The translations under genes and the position numbers were made by a program. A stretch of DNA of 64,000 nt. It comes from Eledone cirrhosa. Its lineage: Eukaryota. A model generated the notes under the pieces. The model did not search any database, had not been told where the DNA came from, and saw nothing but the letters and a program-made list of their open reading frames with translations. Positions 22,515-38,500 of this stretch are shown piece by piece. Every line of letters starts with the position of its first letter. Position 1 is the stretch's first letter. The DNA lies in the NCBI GenBank assembly GCA_964016885.1, contig OZ024740.1, positions 236,220,001-236,284,000 on the forward strand. Reading direction: 5' to 3'.

Positions 22515-24540
22515 TCATCATCATCATCAACGTTTAACGTCCGTGTTCCACGCTTGCATGGGTTTGGACGGGGGTATTCCCACTTGAGGCAAGAGTGATT
22601 GTCTTGCTCACATAGGACTGTCTGGCAGGTTTTCTACAGTTGGATGCCCTTCCTAACACCAACCACATTTACAGTGTGGGACTGGGAGGTTTTTACCGTG
22701 TTGCCTACACGGCCACATTACAGCGTGGACTGTGTGTTTTTTTGTCGTGACACCTACACGATCTCATTTGTTTCGGCCTGGATGTTGTGGCACCAACATA
22801 ACTTTACATAGGAGGGGTGGTGTGGATGGGGGTGTGGGTGGTGGGACGGGGGTTTATTTTGTTAGAGATGTATACTGGCTGTAGTAGGTTTTACTATGTA
22901 TTTAGGTAAGGCGGGTCTTCTCTATTACTGAGTACCGCCAAAGGTCTCGGTCCAGTGACATTGTCTTGGAAAGGTGTAAGTGTGTGAGGTCGGAGTTTAT
23001 CAGCTTGTCCCAGGATTTTCTAGGTCTGCCTATTCCGTGGGCTACCGTCTATCTTTATTGCCCTGCACTTTGTTATACAGCTATCGACTTTCATGCGCAT
23101 CACGTGTCCGTACCAACGTAGCCTTCTCTCGAGTAAACAACATCTGATCCCTCTTATTTCTAATTTTTTCCTTAGTTCGTTTATGCTTTGCCGTTCACGT
23201 ATATTACTATTACACATCCAGCAGAGCATGCAAGCTTTGTTCCTCTCTAGTCTGCGTATATCCTCTGCGCACAATGCCCAGGTCTCACTGCCATGCAACA
23301 TTGCTGTTCGTATGCAGGCATCATACAACCTGCCTTTCATTTTTAGGGAGAACCCTTTAGCGGCTAATAGTGGTATAAGCTCTCTGAACTTTTTCCCTCC
23401 AGTTCTGACTCTAGCTACTGTACTTTCGGAGCACCCTCCCCCACTGCTGATTTTGTCACCCAGGTAACGGAAGCTGTCCACTATTTCTATAGAGCTCTCT
23501 GCGCAATTGAAAGAGTTAGTATTTTGTGGGCACTCGCTGCTACTTATTGCACCAGAGCACCGCCCACATGTAAAATCTAAGTTCTTAGTTAGCTTACCTG
23601 TGATCCCACTACATCTTTTATGCACCCATACTTTGCATTTGGGACATAAAAGGAGTTTCTACCTACGCCTTTCCTACACACTGAGCATGGCCATTTCCCG
23701 GAAGGGACCGCCGCCTTATTTTCTTTCCTACAAACTAGAACTTTAGTCTTAGCCAGGTTAATTTTAAGGCCTTTTGATTCTAGGCCGTGCTTCCATGTTT
23801 GGAATTTCTTCTCTAGCTCGGCCATTGATTCAGCTATGAGTGTCAGGTCGTCTGCGTATAGGAGTTCCCATGGGCAACCAGTCTTGAACTCCTCTGTTAT
23901 AGCCTGAAGGGCAATAATAAATAGTAGGGGGCTGAGAACAGAGCCCTGATGGACGCCAACTTTTACGCTAAACTCTTCACTATATTCGTTGTTAATTCTA
24001 ACCTTGCTGAATGTTTCTGTATACATGGCTTGTATAGCTCTCACAAGCCATTCGTCGACACCTAGTTTTCTAAGGGCCCACCAGATAATGGAACGGGGGA
24101 CTCTGTCGAAGGCTTTCTCCAAGTCGACAAAAGCTAAGTATAGGGGTTTACCTTTAGCTAGGTACTTCTCCTGTAGTTGACGTACAATGAAAAGAGCGTC
24201 TGTGGTACTTTTGCCTGACACAAACCCGAACTGCATTTCATCTAGGTCAATTCTCTCTCTGATTAGTTGCGCTATTACTTTTTCCGTGACTTTCATGACC
24301 TGGTCGATTAGTTTAATGCCTCTATAGTTACTCCTATCTAGGGCATCTCCTTTACCCTTATAACAGTTAACGATGATGCTGCTATGCTAGTCCTTCGGAA
24401 CAACCCCATTCTGTACGACTTGGTTAACTATCCGGGTGACCAAGGTGTGTCCCACCGAGCCAGATGCCTTCAGCATCTCAGCAACTATTTCCGAAGGCCC
24501 AGCCGCCTTACCCGTCTTCATATCCTTGATTGCCTTACTT
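22511..24540 (-). mobile_element. Young 5'-truncated RTE LINE (RT, PHD-type finger, C-terminus, 3'UTR)
   Basis: GKAAGPS, FVDLEKAFDRV, GVHQGSVLSPLLF, LLYADD, FRYLG and HGSETW motifs with only a few frameshifts. (GAT)n tail; (TA)n at both ends. Confidence 0.93.
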
Positions 24541-24608
24541 ATATATATATATATATATACACATATATATATATACATATATATACATATATATACATAT
24601 ATATATAT

Positions 24609-24876
24609 ATCATCATCATCATCATCGTTTAACGTCTATCTTCCACACTAGCATGGGTTTGGACGGGAATTTTCCCACTTGAGGCAAGATTGGTTGTCTT
24701 GCTCGTATAGGATTGTCTGGCGGGTTTTCTACGGCTGGATGCCCTTCCTAACACCAACCACGTTTACAGTGTGGACTGGGAGGTTTTTACCATGCTACCT
24801 ACACGGCCACATTACAGAGTGGACTGTGTGTTTTTTTGTCGTGATACCTACACGACTTCATTTGTTTTGGACTGGA
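24609..24876 (-). mobile_element. RTE 3'UTR-only copy within (TA)n
   Basis: Colinear with 5532-5800 and 22511-22783. Confidence 0.9.
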
Positions 24877-24975
24877 TATATATATATATATATACATAAC
24901 GAAGGAAATGTGGTAAGGAACCAGGTGGACCATAACGCACCAAAGTACTCAATACTTGAGGTAGTAGAGTGGGTA

Positions 24976-25161
<186 letters not shown>

Positions 25162-25378
25162 TAAATATAAATTTAGCGAGAATCGCATTTTGGCGGGTAG
25201 AAATTAGCGAAACGCAACTTCCAAATTGTGTTGACAAGGGCTCAATAGATATGAAGATACCAGAGCTATATACATAAGTTAAAAAGGTCATACAAAACTG
25301 AGACGATGGTTAAGAAGCCATTAACCACCTAAGCCAAAAAAGCGAACAAGCTAAACGGGTCAAACAAAATAAGATATG

Positions 25379-25442
<64 letters not shown>

Positions 25443-25591
25443 TTTTGCGAGGTTTTTGATATGAAATCGTGTGTCGAAACAAATATTCTTATACTTGGGG
25501 AGAGTCATATTTGTGTAATAATATCTGTTATTAATTCTGGCAATATTATTACACAAATATGACCCTTCCCTATATATATATATATATATAT

Positions 25592-25720
25592 ATACAAGTA
25601 AATATAAATTAATATATATGATGAAACACAAATACCAACATATCTGTGTTTATACAATATAAACACAGATATGTTGGTATTTGTGTTTCATCATATATAT
25701 TAATTTACATTTACTTGTAT
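25592..25720. repeat. 63-bp-arm palindrome (3-nt loop, 1 mismatch)
   Basis: atacaagtaaatataaatt...ctgtgtttata-caa-tataaacacag...aatttacatttacttgtat. Confidence 0.95.
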
Positions 25721-25795
25721 TACACGGCTCAGAAATATTTTTTTCTTTGAGCTATTTCATTGTAAAGGAATGCTTGAGTTTTGAACTCAATACAC

Positions 25796-25825
<30 letters not shown>

Positions 25826-25829
<4 letters not shown>

Positions 25830-26075
25830 AAAGTAATAACAAAAATATCAAAACAAACGACACAGTACATGGAGCAGATATATTAGTTTAATGCTTGAAA
25901 TAACAGGAAGAGAGTGTTAACGTTTCAGACACTAGTCATTCATTAGAAGATGGAGTTAGAAATAGAAGATAAATAGAAAGTAAAGAGTCATAAGAGGAAG
26001 GAACAAGGAAAATGCAAAAAAAAAATAGGGAGAAAAAAAACACATGTGCGTATTCAGTAAGTTATTGTCAGGATA
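25826..26075 (-). mobile_element. Penelope-like terminal fragment with decayed hammerhead
   Basis: Homologous to 14925-15080. Minus strand ctaatga-a-tgac tagt gtct-gaaa-cgtt is a mutated version of the 14960 motif. Abuts (TA)n. Confidence 0.6.
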
Positions 26076-26502
26076 TACAGTTTTTTCTTCTTTTTTCTTC
26101 TTTTACTACCATACAAAGAATACCAATATATCTATTGAATACACAATAAATTAATTTACCAAGCTGTGTTTATATGCAATAAGTGTTCCTTACAGTTTGT
26201 CTATTCCCTGTTCTCTACCTTCATTGCAATATATTACACTACTGACAATATTAATCAGATTCACTACAGGTATTCTGACATCCCTCAAAAATCACAGTAC
26301 ACTGACCCCTACAACATATACTCACTCTAATAATTATATCTAGATTTACTTTCATACATCAAATCCCTAACATAGCATATAATGTCCCCAATTGCTACAA
26401 ATCATTTACCTTCACTATTATGCTGCATTACTCCACTAACACATCATAAAATCACACCAGTCATACATCAGACCATTAGCACAACACACAATTTCTCCAA
26501 GA

Positions 26503-29500
26503 CCTCTACCTTTACTACCATACAATACCCCACACTATACAGACACTACAACACCTCTACCTTCACTACCATACAACACCACACCATACAGTCACTACAA
26601 CACCTCTACCATCACTACCATACAACACCACACCATACAGTCACTACAACACCTCTACCATCACTACCATACAACACCACACTATACAGTCACTACAACA
26701 CCTCTACCTTCACTACCATACAACACCACACCATACAGTCACTACAACACCTCTACCATCACTACCATACAACACCACACCATACAGTCACTACAACACC
26801 TCTACCATCACTACCATACAACACCACACCATACAGTCACTACAACACCTCTCCCTTCACTACCATACAACACCACACCATACAGTCACTACAACACCTC
26901 TACCATCACTACCATACAACACCACACCATACAGTCACTACAACACCTCTAACTTCACTACCATACAACACCACACCATACAGTCACTACAAACCTTTAC
27001 CATCACTACCATACAACACCACACCATACAGTCACTACAACACCTCTACCTTCACTACCATACAACACCACACCATACAGTCACTACAACACCTCTACCA
27101 TCACTACCATACAACACCCCGCACTATACAGTCACTACAACACCTCTACCTTCACTACCATACAACACCACACCATACAGTCACTACAAAACCTCCACCT
27201 TCACTACCATACAACACCACACCACAGTCACTACAACACCTCTACCTTCACTACCGTACTACACCACACCATACAGTCACTACAACACCTATACCATCAC
27301 TACCATACAACACCCCGCACTATACAGTCACTACAACACCTCTACCTTCACTACCATACAACACCACACCATACAGTCACTACAACACCTCTACCTTCAC
27401 TACCATACAACACCACACCATACAATCACTACAACACCTCTACCTTCACTACCATACAACACCACACTATACAGTCACTACAACACCACTACCTTCACTA
27501 CCATACAACACCACACCATACAGTCACTACAACACCTCTACCTTCACTATCATACAACACCACACCATACATTCACTACAACACCTCTACCTTCACTACC
27601 ATACAACACCACACCATACAGTTACTACAACATCTCTACCTTCACTACCATACAACACCACACCATACAGTCACTACAACACCTCTACCTTCACTACCAT
27701 ACAACACCACACTATACAGTCACTACAACACCTCTACCTTCACTATCATACAACACCACACCATACAGTCACTACAACACCTCTACCTTCACTACCATAC
27801 AACACCACACCACAGTCACTACAACACCTCTAGCTCCACTACCATACAACACCACACCATACAGTCACTACAACACCTCTACGTTCACTATCATACAACA
27901 CCACACCATACAGTCACTACAACACCTCTACCTTCACTACCATACAACACCACACCATACATTCACTACAACAACTCTACCTTCACTACCATACAACACC
28001 ACACCATACAGTCACTACAACACCTCTACCTTCACTATCATACAACACCACACCATACAGTCACTACAACACCTCTACCTTCACTACCATACAACACCAC
28101 ACCATACAGTCACTACAACACCTCTACCTTCACTATCATACAACACCACACCATACAGACACTACAACACCTCTACCTTCACTACCATACAACACCACAC
28201 CATACAGTCACTACAGCTCCTCTACCTTCACTACCATACAACACCACACCATACAGTCACTACAACACCTCTACCTTCACTACCATACAACACCACACCA
28301 TACAGTCACTACAACACCTCTACCTTCACTACCATACAATACCACACCATACAGTCACTACAACACCTCTACCTTAACAACCATAAACACCACACCATAC
28401 AGTCACTACAACACCTCTACCTTCACTACCATACAACACCACACCATACAGTTACTACAACACCTCTACCTTCACTACCATACAACAGCACACCATACAG
28501 TCACTACAAAACCTCTACCTTCACTACCATACAACACCACACCATACAGTCACTACAACACCTCTACCTTCACCTCCATACAACACCACACCATACAGTC
28601 ACTACAACACCTCTACCTTCACTACCATACAACACCACACTATACAGTCACTACAACACCTCTACATTCACTACCATACAACACCACAGCATACAGTCAA
28701 TACAACACCTCTACCTTCACTATCATACAACACCACACCATACAGTCACTACAACACCTCTACCTTCACTACCATACAACACCACACCATACAGTCACTA
28801 CAACACCTCTACCTTCACTACCATACAACACCACACCATACAGTCACTACAACACCTCTACCTTCACTACCATACAACACCACACCATACAGTCACTACA
28901 ACACCTCTACCTTCACTACCATACAACACCACACCATACAGTCACTACAACACCTCTACCTTCACTACCATACAACACCACACCATACAGTCACTACAAC
29001 ACCCCTACCTTCACTACCATACAACACCCCACACTATACAGTCACTACAACACCTCTACCTTCACTACCATACAACACCACACCACAGTCACTACAACAC
29101 CTCTACCTTCACTACCATACAACACCACACCATACAGTCACTACAACACCTCTACCTTCACTACCATACAACACCACACTATACAGTTACTACAACACCT
29201 CTACCTTCAATACCATACAACACCACACCATACAGTCACTACAACACCTCTACATTCACTACCATACGACACCACACTATACAGTCACTACAACACCTCT
29301 ACCTTCACTACCATACAACACCACACCATACAGTCAATACAACACCCCTACATTCACTACCATACAACACCACACCATACAGTCACTACAACACCTCTAC
29401 CTTCACTACCATACAACACCACAATATACAGTCACTACAACACCTCTACCTTCACTACCATACAACACCACACCATACAGTCGCTACAACACCTCTACCT

Positions 29501-32500
29501 TCACTATCATACAACACCACACCATACAGTCACTACAACACTTCTACCTTCACTATCATACAACACCATACAGTCACTACAACACCTCTACCTTCACTAC
29601 CATACAACACCACACCACAGTCACTACAACACCTCTACCTCCACTACCATACAACACCACACCATACAGTCACTACAACACCTCTACCTTCACTACCATA
29701 CAACACCACACCATACAGTCACTACAACACCTTTACCTTCACTACCATACAACACCACACCATACAGTCACTACAGCTCCTCTACCTTCACTACCATACA
29801 ACACCACACCATACAGTCACTACAACACCTCTATCTTCACTACCATACAACACCACACCATACAATCACTACAACACCTCTACCTTCACTACCATACAAT
29901 ACCACACCATACAGTCACTACAACACCTCTACCTTCACTACCATACAACACCACACCATACAGTCACTACAACACCTCTACCTTCACTACCATACAACAC
30001 CACACCATACAGTTACTACAAAACCTCTACCTTCACTACCATACAACAGCACACCATACAGTCACTACAACACCTCTACCTTCACCTCCATACAACACCA
30101 CACCATACAGTCACTACAACACCTCTACCTTCACTACCATACAACACCACACCATACAGTCACTACAACACCTCTACCTTCACTACCATACAACACCACA
30201 CCATACAGTCACTACAACACCTCTACCTTCACTACCATACAACACCACACCATACAATCACTACAACACCCCTACCTTCACTACCATACAACACCCCACA
30301 CTATACAGTCACTACAACACCTCTACCTTCACTACCATACAACACCACACCACAGTCACTACAACACCTCTACCTTCACTACCATACAACACCACACCAT
30401 ACAGTCACTACAACACCTCTACCTTCACTACCATACAACACCACACTATACAGTTACTACAACACCTCTACCTTCAATACCATACAACACCACACCATAC
30501 AGTCACTACAACACCTCTACCTTCAATACCATACAACACCACACCATACAGTCAGTACAACACCTCTACATTCACTACCATACGACACCACACTATACAG
30601 TCACTACAACACCTCTACCTTCACTACCATACAACACCACACCATACAGTCAATACAACACCTCTACATTCACTACCATACAACACCACACCATACAGTC
30701 ACTACAACACCTCTACCTTCACTACCATACAACACCACAATATACAGTCACTACAACACCTCTACCTTCACTACCATACAACACCACACCATACAGTCGC
30801 TACAACACCTCTACCTTCACTATCATACAACACCACACCATACAGTCACTACAACACTTCTACCCTCACTATCATACAACACCACACCATACAGTCACTA
30901 CAACACCTCTACCTTCACTACCATACAACACCACACCACAGTCACTACAACACCTCTACCTCCACTACCATACAACACCACACCATACAGTCAATACAAC
31001 ACCTCTACCTTCACTACCATACAACACCACACCATACAGTCACTACAACACCTCTATCTTCACTACCATACAACACCACACCATACATTCACTACAACAC
31101 CTCTACCTTCACTACCATACAACACCACACCATACAGTCACTACAACACCTTTACCTTCACTACCATACAACACCACACCATACAGTCACTACAGCTCCT
31201 CTACCTTCACTACCATACAACACCACACCATACAGTCACTACAACACCTCTACCTTCACTACCATACAACACCACACCATACAGTCACTACAACACCTCT
31301 ACCTTCACTACCATACAATACCACACCATACAGTCACTACAACACCTCTACCTTCACTACCATACAACACCACACCATACAGTCACTACAACACCTCTAC
31401 CTTCACTACCATACAACACCACACCATACAGTTACTACAAAACCTCTACCTTCACTACCATACAACAGCACACCATACAGTCACTACAACACCTCTACCT
31501 TCACCTCCATACAACACCACACCATACAGTCACTACAACACCTCTACCTTCACTACCACACAACACCACACCATACAGTCACTACAACACCTCTACCTTC
31601 ACTACCATACAACAGCACACTATACAGTCACTACAACACCTCTACCTTCACTATCATACAACACCACACCATACAGTCACTACAACACCTCTACCTTCAC
31701 TACCATACAACACCACACCATACAGTCACTACAACACCTCTACCTTCACTACCGTACAACACCACACCATACAGTCACTACAACACCTCTACCTTCACTA
31801 CCATACAACACCACACCATACAATCACTACAACACGCCTACCTTCACTACCATACAACACCCCACACTATACAGTCACTACAACACCTCTACCTTCACTA
31901 CCATACAACACCACACCATACAGTCACTACAACACCTCTACCTTCACTACCATACAACACCACACTATACAGTCACTACAACACCTCTACCTTCACTACC
32001 ATACAACACCACACCATACAGTCACTACAACACCCTACCTTCACTACCATACAACACCACACCATACAGTCACTACAACACCTCTACATTCACTACCATA
32101 CAACACCACACTATACAGTCACTACAACACCTCTACATTCACTACCATACAACACCACACCATACAGTCACTACAACACCTCTACCTTCACTACCATACA
32201 ACACCACACCATACAGTCAATACAACACCTCTACATTCACTACCATACAACACCACACCATACAGTCACTACAACACCTCTACCTTCACTATCATACAAC
32301 ACCACACCATACAGTCACTACAACACCTCTACCTTCACTACCATACAACACCACACCATACAGTCAGTACACCACCTCTACCTTCACTACCATACAACAC
32401 CACACTATACAGTCACTACAACACCTCTACCTTCACTACCATACAACACCACACTATACAGTCACTACAACACCTCTACCTTCACTACCATACAACACCA

Positions 32501-35500
32501 CACCATACAGTCACTACAACACCTCTACCTTCACTACCATACAACACCACACTATACAGTCACTACAACACCTCTACCTTCACTACCATACCACACCACA
32601 CTATACAGTCACTACAACACCTCTACCTTCACTACCATACAACACCACACCATACAGTCACTACAACACCTCTACCTTCACTACCATACAACACCACACC
32701 ATACAGTCACTACACCACCTCTACCTTCACTACCATACAACACCACACTATACAGTCACTACAACACCTCTACCTCCACTACCATACAACACCACACCAT
32801 ACAGTCACTACACCACCTCTACCTTCACTACCATACAACACCACACTATACAGTCACTACAAAACCTCTACCTTCACTACCATACAACACTAAACCATAC
32901 AGTCACTACAACACCTCTACCTTCACTACCATACAACACCAAACCATACATTCACTACAACACCTCTACCTTCACTACCATACAACACCACACCATACAG
33001 TCACTACAACACCTCTACCTTCACTACCATACAACACCACACCATACAGTCACTACAACACCTCTACCTTCACTACCATACAACACCACACCATACAGTC
33101 ACTACAACACCTCTACCTTCACTACCATACAACACCACACCATACAGTCACTACAACACCTCTACCTTCACTACCATACAACACCACACCATACAGTCAC
33201 TACAACACCTCTATCTTCACTACCATACAACACCACACCATACAGTCACTACAACACCTCTATCTTCACTACCATACAACACCACACCATACAGTCACTA
33301 CAACACCTCTACATTCACTACCATACAACACCACACCATACAGTCACTACAACACCTCTACCTTCACTACCATACAACACCACACTATACAGTCACTACA
33401 ACACCTCTACCTTCACTACCATACCACACCACACTATACAGTCACTACAACACCTCTACCTTCACTACCATACAACACCACACCATACAGTCACTACAAC
33501 ACCTCTACCTTCACTACCATACACCACCACACCATACAGTCACTACAACACCTCTATATTCACTACCATACAACACCACACCATACAGTCACTACAACAC
33601 CTCTACCTTCACTACCATACAACACCACACTATACAGTCACTACAACACCTCTACCTTCACTACCATACAACACCACACCATACAGTCAATACAACACCT
33701 CTACCTTCACTACCATACAACACCACACCATACAGTCACTGCAACACCTCTACCTTCACTACCATACAACACCACACTATACAGTCACTACAACACCTCT
33801 ACCTTCACTACCATACAACACCACACTATACAGTCACTACAACACCTCTACCTTCACTACCATACAACACCACACTATACAGTCACTACAATACCTCTAC
33901 CTTCACTATCATACAACACCACACCATACAGTCACTACAACACCTCTACCGTCACTACCATACAACACAACACTATACAGTCACTACAACACCTCTACCT
34001 TCACTATCATACAACACCACACCATACAGTCGCTACAACACCTCTACCTTCACTACCATACAAATCCACACTATACAGTCACTACAACACCTCTACCTTC
34101 ACTACCATACAACACCACACCATACAGTCACTACAACACCTCTACGTTCACTACCATACAACACCACACCATACAGTCACTACAACACCTCTACCTTCAC
34201 TTCCATACAACACCACACCATACAGTCACTACAACACCTCTACCTTCACTACCATACAACACCACACCATACAGTCACTACAACACCTCTACCTTCACTA
34301 CCATACAACACCACACCATACAGTCACTACAACACCTCTATCTTCACTACCATACAACAACACACCATACAGTCACTACAACACCTCTACCTTCACTACC
34401 ATACAACACCACACCATACAGTCACTACAACACCTCTATCTTCACTACCATACAACACCACACCATACAGTCACTACAACACCTCTACCTTCACTACCAT
34501 ACAACACCACACCATACAGTCACTACAACACCTCTATATTCACTACCATACAACACCACACCATACAGTCACTACAACACCTCTACCTTCACTACCATAC
34601 AACACCACACTATACAGTCACTACAACACCTCTACCTTCACTACCATACAACACTACACCATACAGTCACTACAACTCCTCTACCTTTAATACCATACAA
34701 CACCACACCATACAGTCACTACAACACCTCTACCTTCACTACCATACAACACTACACCATACAGTCAATACAACACCTCTACCTTCACTACCATACCACA
34801 CCACACTATACAGTCACTACAGCACCTCTACCTTCACTACCATACAACACCACACCATACAGTCACTACAACACCTCTACCAACACTACCATACAACACC
34901 CCGCACTATACAGTCACTACAACACCTCTACCTTCACTACCATACAACACCACACTATACAGTCACTACAACACCTCTAACTTCACTACCATACAACACC
35001 ACACCATACAGTCCATACAACACCTCTACCTTCACTACCATACAACACCACACCATACAGTCACTACAACACCTCTACCTTCACTACCATACAACACCAC
35101 ACTATACAGTCACTACAACACCTCTACCTTCACTACCATACAACACCACACTATACAGTCACTACAAGACCCCTACCTTCACTACCATACAACACCACAC
35201 TATACAGTCACTACAATACCTCTACATTCACTATCATACAACACCACCCCATACAGTCACTACAACACCTCTACCTTCACTACCATACAACACCACACTA
35301 TACAGTCACTACAACACCTCTACCTTTACTATTATACAACACCACACCATACAGTCGCTACAACACCTCTACCTTCACTACCTTACAACACCACACCATA
35401 CAGTCAATACGACACCTTTACCTTCACTACCATACAACACCACACTATACAGTCGCTACAACACCTCTACCTTCACTACCATACAACACCACACTATACA

Positions 35501-38500
35501 GTCACTACAACACCTCTACCTTCACTACCATACAACACCACACCATACAGTCACTACAACACCTCTTCCTTCACTACCATACAACACCACACCATACTGT
35601 AACTGCAACACCCCTACCTTCACTACCATACAACACCACACCATACAGTCACTACAACACCTCTACCTTCACTATCATACAACACCACAACATACAGTCA
35701 AAACAACATGCCTACCTTCACTACCATACAACACCACACCATACAGTCACTACAACACCTCTACCTTCACTACCATACAACACCACACCATACAGTCACT
35801 ACAACACCTCTACCTTCACTACCATACAACACCACACCATACAGTCACTACAACACCTCTACCTTCACTACCATACAACACCACACCATACAGTCACTAC
35901 AACACCTCTACCTTCACTACCATACAACACCACACCATACAGTCAATACAACACCTCTACCTTCACTACCATACAACACCACACTATACAGTCACTACAA
36001 CACCTTCACCTTCACTACCATACAACACCAAACCATACAGTCACTACAACACCTCTACTTTCACTACCATACAACACCACACTATACAGTCACTACAACA
36101 CCTTCACCTTCACTACCATACAACACCAAACCATACAGTCACTACAACACCTCTACCTTCACTACCATACAACACCACACCATACAGTCAATACAACACC
36201 TCTACCTTCACTACCATACAACACCACACCATACAGTCACTACAACACTTCTACGTTCACTACCATACAACACCACACCATACAGTCACTACAACACCTC
36301 TACCTTCACTACCATACAACACCACACTATACAGTCACTACAACACCTCTACCTTCACTACCATACAACACCACACCATACAGTCACTACAACACATCTA
36401 CCTTCACTACCATACAACACCACACCATACAGTCACTACAACACCTCTACCTTCACTACCATACAACACCACACCATACAGTCACTACAACACCTCTACC
36501 TTCACTACCATACAACACCAAAACCATACAGTCACTACAACATCTCTACCTTCACTACCATACAACACCACACCATACAGTCACTACAACACCTCTACCT
36601 TCACTACCATACAACACCACACCATACAGTCACTACAACACCTCTGCCTTCACTACCATACAACACTTCACCATACAGTCACTACAACACCTCTACCTTC
36701 ACTACCATACAACACCACACCATACAGTCACTATAACACCTCTACCATCACTACCATACAACACCACACCATACAGTCACTACAAAACCTCTACCTTCAC
36801 TACCATACAACACCACACCATACAGTCACTACAACACCTCTACCTTCACTACCATACAACACCACACCATACAGTCACTACAACACCTCTACCTTCACTA
36901 CCATACAACACCACACCATACAGTCACTACAACACCTCTACCTTCACTACCATACAACACCACACCATACAGTAACTGCAACACCTCTACCTTCACTACC
37001 ATACAACACCACACTATACAGTCACTACAACACCTCTACCTTCACTACCATACAACACCACACCATACAGTCACTACAACACATCTACCTTCACTACCAT
37101 ACAACACCACACCATACAGTCACTACAACACCTCTACCTTCACTACCATACAACACCACACCATACAGTCACTACAACACCTCTACCTTCACTACCATAC
37201 AACACCAAAACCATACAGTCACTACAACACCTCTACCATCACTACCATACAACACCACACTATACAGTCACTACAACACCTCTACCTTCACTACCATACA
37301 ACCCCAAACCATACAGTCACTACAACACATCTACCTTCACTACCATACAACACCACACCATACAGTCACTACAACACCTCTACCTTCACTACCATACAAC
37401 ACCACACCATACAGTCACTACAACACCTCTACCTTCACTACCATACAACACCACACCATACAGTCACTACAACACCTCTACCTTCACTACCATACAACAC
37501 CACACCATACAGTCACAACAACACCCATACCTTCACTACCATACAACACCCCACACTATACAGTCACTACAACACCTCTACCTTCACTACCATACAACAC
37601 CACACCACAGTCACTACAACACCTCTACCTTCACTACCATACAACACCACACTATACAGTCACTACAACACCTCTACCTTCACTACCATACAACACCACA
37701 CCATACATTCACTACAACACCCCTACCTTCACTACCATACAACACCACATCATACAGTCACTACAACACCTCTAATTTCACTACCATACAACAGCACACC
37801 ATACAGTCACTACAACACCTCTACCTTCACTACCATACAACACCACACCATACAGTCACTACAACACCTCTACCTTCACTACCATACAACACCACACCAT
37901 ACAGTCACAACAACACCTTCACCTTCACTACCATACAACACCAAACCATACAGTCACTACAACACCTCTACCTTCACTACCATACAACACCACACTATAC
38001 AGTCACTACAACACCTCTACCTTCACTACCATACAACACCACACCATACAGTCACTACAACACATCTACCTTCACTACCATACAACACCACACCATACAG
38101 TCACTACAACACCTCTACCTTCACTACCATACAACACCACACCATACAGTCACTACAACACCTCTACCTTCACTACCATACAACACCACACCATACAGTC
38201 ACTACAACACCTCTACCTTCACTACCATACAACACCACACCATACAGTCACTACAACACCTCTACCTTCACTACCATACAACACCACACCATACAGTCAC
38301 TACAACACCTCTACCTTCACTACCATACAAAACCACACCATACAGTCACTACAACACCTCTACCTTCACTACCATACAACACCACACCATACAGTCACTA
38401 CAACACCTCTACCATCACTACCATACAACACCACACCATACAGTCACTACAACACCTCTACCTTCACTACCATACAACACCACACCATACAGTCACTACA

